Positions 51,187 through 61,806 of a stretch of 64,000 bases of DNA are shown one piece after another (position 1 is the first letter of the stretch; each line of letters opens with the position of its first letter). The notes beneath the pieces are model-generated. The model saw nothing but the letters and a program-made list of their open reading frames with translations, had not been told where the DNA came from and did no database searches. Source of the DNA: Nitrospirota bacterium (lineage in GTDB: Bacteria > Nitrospirota > Nitrospiria > Nitrospirales > Nitrospiraceae); the NCBI GenBank assembly GCA_963703955.1, contig CAVPGK010000013.1, forward strand, positions 32,001 to 96,000. Direction: 5' to 3'. Both the position numbers and the translations under genes were made by a program.

Positions 51187-52056
51187 ATGGAAAGGGGTAC
51201 GACTATGAAACTCACGGAAACATCATTCATCGTTGACGCCAATCAGTCGGACACATTCCAGGCATTCGAGAGTTCTGGTGCACACGACTGCAATGGCAGC
51301 GTGATCATCACAGAGGTGCAGTTGGCCTCCGGTACCGTTCTCAGATTTGTGGATGAAGGCCGCAGCATCGGCAGCGACACGGACGAGGGTGGGGTTGGGG
51401 TGATAGAAGTGACCGCGCCCCAAGCCCAAGCTATTCTACCCACAATGCTTCGTGAATACGGCCCTTCACCCCTGGAAATATTTATGGCCGCGGCCCCAGG
51501 GACCAGCGCACCGGACAGACTTGTCAAAGACCACCGCCAAGCTGCAAAGCTTCGTCAGACCCTCTCGCCGACGCCGCGTACGCTGAAGCTCGTGTCCTCC
51601 CTAGACCACGCAAAAGCCTACGTGCCGGCGCACATTGTGGCGGATCTGTCTCCCAAGCATGGATTGGAAGTCGACTACTGCCTTGGTCTTGCCGGCGACT
51701 ACCATTTCGACTTCCGATCGATGGAAGCCGATGTCTTCGGACTGCAGCTCAGCGAGCATGGCCATGGTCACAATCTGGATCATTCGCACTATGGCGTGAC
51801 GGGGGTTTCCTCTCGACGCGCACTGGGCGTCTGTAATGCTGGTGGATACGTCAAGATGGTTAACATCCAGTACCAATGGATCCAGGGAGTGTGGATCGAT
51901 GTCCCCATCGCACAGAACGGTTCCAATACTCTTTTTCCGCATGTGAGCCTGTTCTATTACTCCGATAGCTGGCCGGCGGCCTACCGATACCGGATCAAAG
52001 TCGCCTTCACGGCGATTGTGGACGGGAACATTGTCCACACTGAAGGCAGCTGGTAA
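51187..52056 (+). CDS. Hypothetical protein
   Basis: 289-aa ORF; His-rich patch 'EHGHGHNLDHSHYG'; beta-rich C-terminus. Confidence 0.65.
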   Translation: MERGTTMKLTETSFIVDANQSDTFQAFESSGAHDCNGSVIITEVQLASGTVLRFVDEGRSIGSDTDEGGVGVIEVTAPQAQAILPTMLREYGPSPLEIFMAAAPGTSAPDRLVKDHRQAAKLRQTLSPTPRTLKLVSSLDHAKAYVPAHIVADLSPKHGLEVDYCLGLAGDYHFDFRSMEADVFGLQLSEHGHGHNLDHSHYGVTGVSSRRALGVCNAGGYVKMVNIQYQWIQGVWIDVPIAQNGSNTLFPHVSLFYYSDSWPAAYRYRIKVAFTAIVDGNIVHTEGSW

Positions 52057-52316
52057 GAGAGCTTTGGACTGTGAGATGAATGCGGAGCACGACGCCACTT
52101 ACAGCCCTGGTTTCCTCGGGGAGCGGGTGAAAACATTCGGGGTAGGGGCAATGGTCACCAATGGTGATCAGACCCTCACCCCGCCTGGCCTCAGCGCCGC
52201 CGGGCACCAGCCTCATGGCTATCGGCTGCTCGCACCGAGCTGCCGGAGATCGCCGACGTGATGTCCGTCCTTAGATATGAGGCTTCTTGGGTGGCCCCGG
52301 TGAGGAGAAAGGGATT

Positions 52317-52715
52317 ATGAGCGCAAGAGCGGATTTCAAAGTTTTTCAATTCACCGAACATCTCGGTGACAAGGAAGGCGATATCGATACCGACTTTACC
52401 TTCATGGGTACGTTGTCGTCGGAGAAGATATTTGAAATTAACCAGCAGCCATTTGACGCTGGCTTTGTCGAATATCATGTCTCCCATGTCGACGACCTCG
52501 CCCATGAAATATTAATCAACGGAAAGCCACTTCCCGGAGTCGACGTGATCAGAACCGGGCAAGGTACACACGCCGGCCATCAAACTCATACAGATGTCAT
52601 TCCGTCCAGCTTCTTCAAGAGAGGCAAGAACACCATTCGGTTTCAAAGAAAAGGCGGAGACAACTTCCTCATTCATCATGTCATTGTCCACTGGCGGGAA
52701 CTCGATCCTTCGTAA
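52317..52715 (+). CDS. Hypothetical beta-sandwich protein
   Basis: 'EHLGD', 'HEILINGKPL', 'GKNTIRF', 'DNFLIHHVIVHWRE'; GAGGAG upstream. Confidence 0.7.
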   Translation: MSARADFKVFQFTEHLGDKEGDIDTDFTFMGTLSSEKIFEINQQPFDAGFVEYHVSHVDDLAHEILINGKPLPGVDVIRTGQGTHAGHQTHTDVIPSSFFKRGKNTIRFQRKGGDNFLIHHVIVHWRELDPS

Positions 52716-52857
52716 AACCCACGCATTGATACTGGAGTAAAGTCTGGACCTGCCAGTCCTCTGTCGCAGCCCAGCGGGATTTGCACGCGCCTTCGAATCA
52801 CGAAAGACATTCTATGAAATCATGATAGGCGAAGATCCCAGGGCCAACCAGTCCGTG

Positions 52858-53307
52858 TTACCCGGCTTCGACCGTGACCTCTGTGGTCACTGAGTTGGCA
52901 ATAAAGCATTCGCTGTGGGCCCGCTCATGGAGTGCGGCAATCTGCTCAGGAGTCGGACGTGTCGTCCCACCGAATGCAACCCGAGGATGCAACACGACGC
53001 GCGTGATGGCGAGCTTGCCCTTCTGATTCTTCTCCAGAAATCCAACGGCATGATCACTGTAGTGATCCACGACAAATTGCTTCTTGGCCGCCACCGCCAA
53101 GAAGGTCAGCATGTGACAGCTCGATAAAGCCGCGACGAGACCTTCCTCAGGGTTCACATGAGCAGGATTCCCACGATAGGCAGGTGCCGCTGATGCAGGC
53201 ACTCGCACACCACCTTCAAAGGTCACCATGTGATCTCGATTGTAGGACTCGTACGAAAAGCTTTCTGATTCTCTCTTCCATTCGAGCGTGATCTTATGTT
53301 CAGACAT
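52858..53307 (-). CDS. OsmC/Ohr family protein
   Basis: 'NPEEGLVAALSSCHMLTFL', 'AHSECFIANSV'. Confidence 0.92.
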   Translation of the reverse strand: MSEHKITLEWKRESESFSYESYNRDHMVTFEGGVRVPASAAPAYRGNPAHVNPEEGLVAALSSCHMLTFLAVAAKKQFVVDHYSDHAVGFLEKNQKGKLAITRVVLHPRVAFGGTTRPTPEQIAALHERAHSECFIANSVTTEVTVEAG

Positions 53308-53385
53308 CGGTCGAACCTCCTCTCAAGATTACAATGCGCTAATCAATCGAACGCGCCTGGGGGACGAGGCGAACGAGTCCGGGGA

Positions 53386-53766
53386 CTAGTCGGGCTCGCG
53401 GCAACAGATTTCCAGACGATTGCCGCTGGGATCTTCGAAGAAGACGGCATAGTAGTCCGCGTCTTCGTACGCCGGTCCTTCGACATTCCGCGCACCGGCC
53501 ACGACGGCGATCGCGGCCAATCGATCGACCTCGCGGAGGCTGTCGGCTCGAAACGCAATCCGGCACTCGTTGGCGACATGCTGCGGCGACTCCGTCACTC
53601 CGACAAACTCGGTCGCACCATCGATGCCGGCAACCTCATACTGTAACCACCCCTCAACCTTGGCATCTCGCGTGAACCCGAGCGCGGGCAAGAGCATCTC
53701 ATAAAACGGTCGCGCCTCGGCGAGGCTACGCACCCGGAGATCAACGTGATCGAAACGACGTCGCAT
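53386..53766 (-). CDS. VOC (glyoxalase) family protein
   Basis: 'FDHVDLRV', 'YYAVFFEDPSGNRLEIC'. Confidence 0.92.
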   Translation of the reverse strand: MRRRFDHVDLRVRSLAEARPFYEMLLPALGFTRDAKVEGWLQYEVAGIDGATEFVGVTESPQHVANECRIAFRADSLREVDRLAAIAVVAGARNVEGPAYEDADYYAVFFEDPSGNRLEICCREPD

Positions 53767-53802
53767 CAGAGGAACATCAATTCAGATCGCCCGACGAAGG
53801 CT

Positions 53803-53831
53803 AGGCTACTGCTGGAGTTCTACAGTGTCAA
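53803..53831 (-). promoter_or_regulatory. sigma70-like promoter TTGACA-N17-TAGCCT (repeat family, copy 1)
   Basis: Upstream of VOC gene; shares AGGCTACTGCTGGAG...GTCAACGAG with 62881-62914. Confidence 0.6.
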
Positions 53832-53930
53832 CGAGAGCGATCCTGGCCGCGTGCAAATGAGGAACGTGTGCCACTGGAATGGAAGAACTGATCAGAAAAC
53901 CTGAACCCCCTATTTCCCTGATCAGGCGTG

Positions 53931-54521
53931 TTAGCGCACCGCATTAGCTTGGACAAAGAGGGCTTGTTCGAGGGTGCGGAAGAAGTGCTGGTAGGGGCCG
54001 GGCTCTTCGATTGCCCGAAGATAGAATTGCGCGCTGGCACGGACGATAAGTTGGGACTCTCCGCGTGCGCGGACCGTCACAGTGAACCGCACGAGATCAC
54101 TGCGGTGCCAGAATGGCCCCCACGTTCGGTAGTTGCGTGTGAGGAAGAGCAGCGTATCCGGACGGTACAAGAGATAAGACGGATCTACGCCCTGCGGCTG
54201 TTCCAAATCCACGAATTTCTTGCCAGAGACGATCCCTAGATCTTCATCCAGCACTTCGACCTTAAAATCCAGGTCCTGCATGGTGGATACGATGACTTCG
54301 AGCATTCGCCTGCGGTCGGCGGTGTCAAAAATCCGCGTTTGGGCCGCCCGCACTTTGACCTGGCTTGCTTCCGACAACCAGATCTGCTCACGAGCGTTCC
54401 ATTGGTTCTCGTGCCGCCACTCGTAGGGGGAACAGCCTTGGAGCAGGAGCGCATAGATGAATGTGACCCCTATATAGAAGGAAGTTGCGACACGTCGCAG
54501 CGTGCGGGTCAGAGCGCTCAT
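53931..54521 (-). CDS. Lipoprotein (paralog family, gene 4 of operon)
   Basis: Lipobox 'LQGC'; 'QTRIFDT...MQDLDF...LGIV...PYQHFFRTLEQALF'. Confidence 0.75.
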   Translation of the reverse strand: MSALTRTLRRVATSFYIGVTFIYALLLQGCSPYEWRHENQWNAREQIWLSEASQVKVRAAQTRIFDTADRRRMLEVIVSTMQDLDFKVEVLDEDLGIVSGKKFVDLEQPQGVDPSYLLYRPDTLLFLTRNYRTWGPFWHRSDLVRFTVTVRARGESQLIVRASAQFYLRAIEEPGPYQHFFRTLEQALFVQANAVR

Positions 54522-54534
54522 GGTGGTGGATGAT

Positions 54535-54987
54535 TTACTCCTTTGTCAAGAACAGTGAGCGTTCGAGCGCCGCAAAGAAATTCTGATAGACTTTGGGATC
54601 TTCGATCGGCTTGTTGTTGTAAATGGCGTTTACGCGGACGGTCATCCGATCCCCCGTGTCCTGACGTACGGTGGCGGTAACACTGATGACATCGTAGTAG
54701 TTCGGCTCGGCAAATCGCGCAGCCGTCACGAGGCCGAGCGGTTCATTAGCCCGTTCGATGATGAACCCGAGGTCTTGCAGCGACGCGATGACTCCGCGCA
54801 TGGCAAAGTTTCGGTCTCTGACGTCGAACGTGCGCGTCTGTACGCTGCGAATCTTCAGTTGCGCTTCGTTCAACGCCAGGAGGTCCTCCTTGGGCTGAGG
54901 CATGGTACACCCGCACAGCAGGAGGCCTCCGACCATCATCAGCACGGCCCCCCACACCGATCTCTTGTCAATCATGAACCCTCGCAT
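54535..54987 (-). CDS. Lipoprotein (paralog family, gene 3)
   Basis: Lipobox 'LCGC'; 'QTRTFD...LQDLGF...LGLV...VYQNFFAALERSLF'. Confidence 0.78.
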   Translation of the reverse strand: MRGFMIDKRSVWGAVLMMVGGLLLCGCTMPQPKEDLLALNEAQLKIRSVQTRTFDVRDRNFAMRGVIASLQDLGFIIERANEPLGLVTAARFAEPNYYDVISVTATVRQDTGDRMTVRVNAIYNNKPIEDPKVYQNFFAALERSLFLTKE

Positions 54988-54994
54988 TCGTTAA

Positions 54995-55609
54995 TCAAAT
55001 CTCATGTGCTTCCAAGAATACCGCTTTTGAGAGTTTGGCAAAAAACTGCTGGTAGATCTCGGGATCGCGAATCATTTCCATATATTGCTCTCCCGGCGGG
55101 AGGTACTGTTGATTGGTCTGGCCGTCTCCTTTCCACACGACGCGGTAGAAGATGATGCGGACCTCCTGCCGAGTGATCTCAGGGCTGAGGGGCCTCGTGA
55201 TCAAAGCCGCCGCGATTTTTTGGTGCAGATCGACAGGAGTGAGTAGCTTCCCGAGTGAAAGTATCAAGAGCAGGCCCCTCTTGATGTCCTGCCCGTACTC
55301 CCGCGCGCTACGTTCTTTCGTCGCCCGTAGAAACCCGACCTGGTGCACGCTCTCCTCAACCTGAAATCCCAGATCTTGAAGAACCGCAGCCGACGCCGAT
55401 AGCAACTCCTTTTCGTTGGCCGTTTCGAAGAAACGGTTCTCCATCGCCCGATGCCTTGGCGCTTCCGCCGTCAACTGAAACAAATCCGCCGGCTGCGTTT
55501 CAGGGATGCACCCGGCCAGCAGCGCCAGCCATACCACGCAGAGACCAATCAGTGTCCAACTGCACCGGAGAGGGGAGAGCTCTTCAGAACTGCGTATAGT
55601 TGTAGGCAA
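54995..55609 (-). CDS. Lipoprotein (paralog family, gene 2)
   Basis: Lipobox 'LAGC'; 'RFFET...LQDLGF...IYQQFFAKLSKAVFLEAHEI'. Confidence 0.78.
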   Translation of the reverse strand: MPTTIRSSEELSPLRCSWTLIGLCVVWLALLAGCIPETQPADLFQLTAEAPRHRAMENRFFETANEKELLSASAAVLQDLGFQVEESVHQVGFLRATKERSAREYGQDIKRGLLLILSLGKLLTPVDLHQKIAAALITRPLSPEITRQEVRIIFYRVVWKGDGQTNQQYLPPGEQYMEMIRDPEIYQQFFAKLSKAVFLEAHEI

Positions 55610-55976
55610 AGTCTCGGATCTTCTTCTCTTCGTCGTACTTGATGATGATGGTGAGTGTGCGCTGTCGCTGCGAGCTGGAACTGTCGCGCGAGTTGGCGCC
55701 CAAGATGATCAAAGTGCCAAAGGCGGAGCTGCTGGTATCGACGCGGTCGGTTGAGACTTTGTCGTAAATCCAGACTTCACGGCGTTTCTCGTCTGTCGTC
55801 ACGATGTTCGGCGAGCCGAGGATTTCGGCGACTTGGGACGCCGGCATGCCGACCTTGATTTCACCCTGAACTTTCCCGACGGTTATTCGGTCCTCCTTAA
55901 TCTCGGCTTTTTCGCCCCCGCATCCTGCCGCAGCTATGGACAGACACAGCCACAGTGTAACCCACGTTCCTTTCAT
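55584..55976 (-). CDS. SmpA/BamE-like lipoprotein
   Basis: Lipobox 'AAGC'; 'IKVGM..QV..ILGSP', 'WIYDK', 'LTIIIKYDE'. Confidence 0.78.
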   Translation of the reverse strand: MKGTWVTLWLCLSIAAAGCGGEKAEIKEDRITVGKVQGEIKVGMPASQVAEILGSPNIVTTDEKRREVWIYDKVSTDRVDTSSSAFGTLIILGANSRDSSSSQRQRTLTIIIKYDEEKKIRDFAYNYTQF

Positions 55977-56159
55977 CGTTTGTCTCCCTTCTACAATTCC
56001 TCATGAGGGTTTCACGAAAATTATGGCCGAATATTACCTTTTTGTCGCCAAACAATCACAGTCAACACGAATTGCAGCTCCTGTCTATAGGCATGGGGTG
56101 AGGGATAGACTGGTCGTAATCCAGATGGACGATTTGGTCTTGGAGTCCCTCATACGCGC

Positions 56160-56292
56160 CGCTGGCGCAGGCTGCTCGAAACGCTGCTTTCTTCAGTAAC
56201 TCGTGAATGAGCGTTTGATATGCCTTCCCTTGCTCCCGCCGACTCGCTTGTCTCGCGCTGATGATCCGGATCGTTTCTTTCTCATGCTCCAA
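56160..56292 (-). pseudogene. Fused BrnT C-terminus / BrnA C-terminus remnant
   Basis: 'ETIRIISARQASRRE' (toxin end) joined to 'QGKAYQTLIHELLKKAA' (antitoxin end). Confidence 0.7.
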
Positions 56293-56311
56293 CCGTCATG
56301 AACAATGCTGG

Positions 56312-57531
56312 CTACCGACCGTCCTCAAGGGTCTGCGGGGGATGTACGCGTTGTTGCTGCTCTCGGGTGAGGAGTTGTCGCGCTTTGAGATATCCGAGCG
56401 CCTTCACCTGGGTGATCCGGCTCCGGACCTGTTCCATGGGTTGAACGGCGGTCGTGATCTTGTCCTCGGACACCGGCGTCTCCCCATTCTGATGGCGAAG
56501 AAGGTTCAGGAGCTGCAGTTCGGCCCCCTTCAGTTTCGCCTGCTCGATCAACACCGTTTTTCTCGTCTCGTTCTTCGCGGCCACGAGGCCGGCGACCTGT
56601 TCTGCCGTTAGCCCGAGCCGCCCGGTTTGATCGAGGAAATAATCGAAGGCAGGGGAGGCTGGGGACGCTCTCCATGCCCGCCGCTCGCATGGCCGGCCCG
56701 CTCCTTGTCCGCCGCATGGCGCTGGCGGTTCTGTTTCAGCTCGGCGAGCTTCTTTCGCTGCTCCTCCGTCAATTGCGCGTCGATCTGGTCCGAGACCGCA
56801 AAGAGCTTGTTGAAGAGCACACCTTCCGTTTCACCGGTCTTCTGCATCTTGGCGCGGATGACCTCGGGGTCCACGTCCGGCCGCATCACCAGCTCATCGG
56901 CCTCCACGCGGCTGAGATCGATTTCTGTGCCCAACCGAAGCACGTCGCGCCGCGCGCCTTCCAGCAGCGACTGCATGGCTTGCGCCTGCGCATCGGTCAG
57001 GCGCAGGTCGTCGCGGTAGCCGTTGTAGACCCGTCCAATGCCCTCCAAGGACATCAAGCCGATTTTCGTATTGAACCCTTGCGATAACCGAAACGCCATG
57101 GTCGGATGGGAAGACTCGCGAAGCTTGGCCTGCTGATCGGCAGTGAGCACCCCACGCAGTTGAGCAAGTGTGTCAATGAAGAGATTGAGCTCATCAGTCT
57201 CTATTCCTCCGGTCAGCGTATTGGCGATCCGGTATTCGTTGTCCTGCAGCAGGCCGTGGCGGCGCTTCTCCTCCAGTTCCTGGAACATCCCGACCAGCAC
57301 CGCCTCCTTCATCCACATCTCGGTCTTGATCCGCTGAACGAGCGCCGCCATGGCCTCCTTCTGCTGCGTCGTCAGTCCAAGACTCTGGCTGAGATGCACA
57401 TAGGAGCCGGCGATCTGCTCAATGGCATGGATCATCCGTGGGCCCGGCGTGAATTCCATGTCGGGCGACTGGGCGGCCACGTGGCTCGACATACAACCGA
57501 CCATCAAGATCGCCAACATCAGTTTCTTCAT
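56312..57531 (-). CDS. Spy/CpxP-like periplasmic protein with repeated LTxxQ domains (frameshifts near 56600-56680)
   Basis: Signal peptide; 'LTTQQ', 'LTADQQ', 'LTDAQ', 'LTEEQR', and in another frame 'LTREQQ'. Confidence 0.75.
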
Positions 57532-57641
57532 GGGTGAACTCCTTGATGACTTCGGATGCTGAACTTTTTGGGAATCTCCCTTTCGGAAACAGCGTAGGTC
57601 ATCGGAAGGGGTGAGTGCTAAGAGTGTATCGAAGTTTTGGT

Positions 57642-57914
57642 TCACTTTTCATATGGCTCATTCGTTCGCGGGGCGGTTGGCGCCTGCTCGTCCAGCGACT
57701 GCCGGTATCTCACGCAGCCTCTGATGAACTCGGGCCATTCCGGTACCACAGGGATCGGATCAGTCTTTTCCGGTAACAATCCCCACAGCGAAGGATGGTG
57801 CCAACACAATTCGTGTCGGCTGCTGTCACGATGCTCACGAATGCCCTGCCGTAGCTTCCTGACTTCGAGGATCAGTTCCTCTCGTGTCATCTGATTCAGG
57901 TCTTCATCCATCAT
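57642..57914 (-). CDS. Conserved hypothetical protein
   Basis: GGAGG RBS; 'HRDSSRHELCWHHPSLWGLLPE...WPEFIRGC'. Confidence 0.75.
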   Translation of the reverse strand: MMDEDLNQMTREELILEVRKLRQGIREHRDSSRHELCWHHPSLWGLLPEKTDPIPVVPEWPEFIRGCVRYRQSLDEQAPTAPRTNEPYEK

Positions 57915-57996
57915 GTTCCTCCGCGCTATCTTCGACGAAATCAGCAGGTGCCGCTCGGCCGAACCCATCGTCACCAATACGCGACGTGCTTCTCGG

Positions 57997-58755
57997 CTAG
58001 CCGGCGTTGTCGATGGTCCTCACCGCCAACGACAGACAGACCACCGTGAACGCCATGAACCCGGCAAATTCCAACAGGGCAGTGGCGGCCGAGCCGACGC
58101 CAAGGAGACTGAACCGTAGCACGTCCACCTGCCAGGTCATAGGGTTCAGCCAGGCCAGGGTCCGGAACCATGCCGGCAGTTGATCGATGGGATAGAACAT
58201 GCTGCTCAGGAACATAAGGATGATGTAGGCGGCACTGGTCAGTGTATTGAACGAATCCATCCGAGCCAGCCGGATGGCCAGGATGCTGAAAAGGAAAAAC
58301 CATCCAGCGGTGGTGCATATCACCACGAGGAGTGTCACGGGAAGCCACATCCACCGAACCGTGACGTTCATAATCCACGCGGCCAAGACGATGGCAAGCA
58401 ACGACCCAAGGGCACTGAGCAGGACGTTGAAACAGATCTTGCCCACCAGGAATTGGCGACGGGTGATGGGATAGGTGAGCAGTTCGTAAAAGATGCCGGA
58501 ATCCTTGTCCATGAAGATGCCCCACGACGTATTCATGGCGATCCCATAGGTCGTCATGGCCAGCACCCCCGCCAGAAAAAACTCGGCGTAACTCATGCGC
58601 AGGCCTTCTATGGAGAACTGGCCGATGGTACGCTCGAACCCGAGACCGAAGAGCATGAGATAGGCGATTGGAACAAAGAGGTCCCAGAACACGAACCCGA
58701 TATTGGTGATCCGCTGCCGGTAGTCCCGGTAGAAGACGGCCGCGACCCCGCTCAT
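57997..58755 (-). CDS. ABC-2 type transporter permease
   Basis: Six TM segments; 'FLSSMFYPI', 'LNPMTW'. Confidence 0.9.
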   Translation of the reverse strand: MSGVAAVFYRDYRQRITNIGFVFWDLFVPIAYLMLFGLGFERTIGQFSIEGLRMSYAEFFLAGVLAMTTYGIAMNTSWGIFMDKDSGIFYELLTYPITRRQFLVGKICFNVLLSALGSLLAIVLAAWIMNVTVRWMWLPVTLLVVICTTAGWFFLFSILAIRLARMDSFNTLTSAAYIILMFLSSMFYPIDQLPAWFRTLAWLNPMTWQVDVLRFSLLGVGSAATALLEFAGFMAFTVVCLSLAVRTIDNAG

Positions 58756-59712
58756 GATCCCGCCTCTGGTTCCCAGCGAGGGTTTTTCTCACCCACCAGT
58801 TCCACGAAAATGTCCTCCAACCCCGCCCCGCGCACTTCAAAATGCCGAATCGGGACGACGCGTGACAGCTCGGCCAACCTGCCTAAGAGCAAGGCTTCTT
58901 CGCCCTTGAAGAGCAACTCCGCCCGTTCGCCTTCTACGCGGAGATCAACGGGACGGAGGGAGTCAAGCTGGTCCCGCACATCGTGGTCGCGCTCGAACGT
59001 GAGACTGACCCGAAACATCCGCGTGGACAGACGCCGCAGCTCCTGCAGGTTGCCGGCGGCGAGCGTTTTGCCGTGATGAATGATCATGATTCGATCGCAC
59101 AGTTCCTCTGCTTCGCTCAGTACCTGGGTCGTAAGCAGCACGGTGCGCCCGTTTCGGGCCTCCAGGCGGATGCGGTCCAGCACCCGCCTTCGCATCAGTG
59201 GATCCATGCCTGTTGTGCTTTCATCCAGGAAGATCACCGGTGAATCCACCATGAAGACTTTGGCCACCTGTACCCGTCTCTTGGTGCCTAGGCTCAGGTC
59301 CTGCACCGTCTCACGTGCCTTCTCTCGCAGGTCGAATTCGTCCAGGATCGCATCCATTCGCTTCCGGACTTCGGTTGCGTCCATGCCGTGGAGGTACGCG
59401 TAGATGCGCAGATTGTCTTCGACGGAAAGGAGAGTCTCGACCGCGGGCTGTTGCAAGACCACGGCGATCTGCCGTCGCACCTCCAAACCCTGGCCGACCA
59501 CATCGAACCCACAGATATGCGCATGGCCGGAAGTCGGTGCCGTGATGGTGGTGAGGATCTTGACGAGCGTGGTCTTCCCGGCTCCGTTCGGACCAAGCAG
59601 GCCGAAGATCTGCCCTCTTGAAACCTGAACGAAACTCCATCGACTGCCTGCACTGGTTCCGACGTGCGTCCGGAGTAGACTTTCCGCACATTTCGACTGT
59701 GATGGCATTCAT
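58752..59712 (-). CDS. ABC transporter ATP-binding protein (DrrA-like; indels near the 5' end)
   Basis: Walker A 'GPNGAGKTT', 'LSLG', 'FLDESTTGMDP'; N-terminus 'MNAITVE/MRKVY...AVDGVSF' split over frames. Confidence 0.88.
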
Positions 59713-59752
59713 GCGATGCGGTGCAACCCTTGACTCATTTCCTTGCCGCTTC

Positions 59753-60820
59753 CTAATCCTCGCCTTCCACCCGCCTGACGACTTGCCGCTCGTGTTCGAG
59801 CAGCCACTGCTTACGCCAAACACCGCCGCCGTAGCCGCACAGATTACCGTCGGCGCGGATTACGCGATGACAGGGGATGACGAGGGCGAGACAGTTTCTT
59901 CCGTTTGCCCGCCCGACGGCGCGTGTCGCCGTCGGGCGGCCGAGTGCCTGCGCGACCTGCGCATACGACCGCGTTCCGCCGGGCGGAATCCTTCTGAGTA
60001 GTGCCCACACGTCGCGTTCGAACGCCGAGCCTCGCGTCACCAGCGGCACGCTGAAGTTCGTCATCGTCCCCTCGAAATAACCCTTCAGTTCTTCGCCAAT
60101 CTTCACGAGATGCGGATTGTTGCCGGGAACGACGGCGAATTTTGTACGCTTTGCGAGGCCGGCGATTTCGCGCTCCAAGCCGCGACGATCCACGAACTCA
60201 AGCAGGTGCAAACCTTCTTCATTCGCCAGAGCGAGCATCGCGCCGAGCGGCGTCTCAAACCAACGCGCATATAGGCAGTTGACTTGTTCGGCTCTGCTCG
60301 GGGGGACGCCGAACACTGTCTTGAACGCCTCCCAGAAACCGCTCGCCGACTCGAATCCGTTGTTCAGTTGGGCGTCAATCACCGCGCTGCCGTGGCGCAC
60401 TTCGCCGAGTGCCAAGCCAACGCGGCGCGCGCGCTGGTAAGCGTGGAACGTCATTCCTTAGTGGCGTTGAAACTGACGCCGCGCGGTCGAAGTATCAATC
60501 CCCTCCGCTTGCAGTTCCGTACCGGACACCCGCCTGGTGGGCGACCGTTCGACCGCATCGCGCAGACGTTCGACGAGTTCGGACGCTTTCTTGTCTTTGT
60601 CGAGCGGAGAACAGCGCAGGCAAGGGCGATAGCCGCCGTACAAAGCCTCTTGCGGGGAACTGAAATACTCGACGTTCTCAGGTTTGGGTTTCTTGGCCGG
60701 ACACGTCGGGCGGCAGAATATCCCCGTCGTTTTCACCCCCACGTAGAACACGCCCTCGAAGGTCGTGTCTCGATTCAACAGCGCACCGTGCATGATCTGG
60801 GTGGAAGGGAGTTTATTCAT
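59753..60820 (-). pseudogene. ada: Ada-like bifunctional regulator / O6-methylguanine methyltransferase split by in-frame TAA at 60458-60460
   Basis: Zn motif 'CRPTC...RPCLRC', AraC HTH, active site 'IPCHRV'; the two ORFs are in the same frame. Confidence 0.88.
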
Positions 60821-60997
60821 AGACGCATTGTAGAAGTCCTGCTTCCTCCGCGCATCCGCTTTTGAGGCAGCGAATTTTTGTAACGCTTGCTTCGGTCTGT
60901 GACCGCCCCACTTAGGTTTCCCAGGGCGCGCCGGCATCGGCCGCCACGGGAAAACCTGCGACGGTCGCAGAATGCTCCTGAGCGTTTGGCCTGGCCT

Positions 60998-61384
60998 CTA
61001 CTTCCCGCCTTGGACAGAAAGTTCCCAGCGATAGCCGTCGGGATCGTAGAACCATAAGCCCATGTGAGGTGAGCCGGGCGCCTCCGGACCGATTTCGTCG
61101 CCCGGATCTTCCACCTTGACCTTGTGCTTCTTCAGGTGCGCAAGCGCCTTTCGTAGCGTGGTCATGTTCGGCAGATGAAACGACATGTGCCCAATCGTTT
61201 TCGGTGACGGCTTCCCCCTCAACAAGACGATCGTCACGTTATCGTTGCCGACGGCGACACCTTCTTCAAATTCGAACTCTTTGCGCAACCCCAATACCCG
61301 CATGAACCATTCCGCGCTGCGCCGCGGATCCCGGACTGCGAGTCCGAAGTGGCCGACCGTACCGATGGTGAACGGTGTTTTCAT
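60998..61384 (-). CDS. VOC family protein
   Basis: 'GHFGLAVRD', 'GHMSF', 'DPDGYRWEL'. Confidence 0.9.
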   Translation of the reverse strand: MKTPFTIGTVGHFGLAVRDPRRSAEWFMRVLGLRKEFEFEEGVAVGNDNVTIVLLRGKPSPKTIGHMSFHLPNMTTLRKALAHLKKHKVKVEDPGDEIGPEAPGSPHMGLWFYDPDGYRWELSVQGGK

Positions 61385-61389
61385 GGCTG

Positions 61390-61806
61390 CTACCTTCCGC
61401 GATCGAGTGACTTGATCGGCATCTTGATCATCTCACCTTCTTGCGAGAGCAGGAACACCAGCAGCTTGGCCGGTTCCGCTGTACTGGCGTTCTTCGACGC
61501 GACATGAGGCTTCTTGGGAGGCTCATACCAGCTCTGACCTTTTGTATAGGTCATAGGTGGCTCACCCTCTAATTGAGTGACCACAGTCCCCTCCAAGACG
61601 TAGGCGAACACCGAACCTGGATGGACATGCGGGGCGGATGCCGCTCCCGGCGCATAGTCCACCGTCAGAACCGTGGCCACTTTTCCGGCCATATCGGTCA
61701 GGCTCTGCTTCATGAGCACCGACACGGAATCTTCTGCCAGCACAGGCGTCTGACCCAGCACGAGAATCGCTCCAGCCAGTGTGATCGGTGTCCGTGACTG
61801 TCTCAC
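61390..61806 (-). CDS. Cupin-domain protein
   Basis: 'HVHPG..FAYVLEG', 'WYEPP..PH'. Confidence 0.88.
   Translation of the reverse strand: MRQSRTPITLAGAILVLGQTPVLAEDSVSVLMKQSLTDMAGKVATVLTVDYAPGAASAPHVHPGSVFAYVLEGTVVTQLEGEPPMTYTKGQSWYEPPKKPHVASKNASTAEPAKLLVFLLSQEGEMIKMPIKSLDRGR

Noticed and set aside
55584..55976. Calling this gene bamE
   Set aside because: Fold similarity only; the context is a paralogous lipoprotein operon, not the core bam locus
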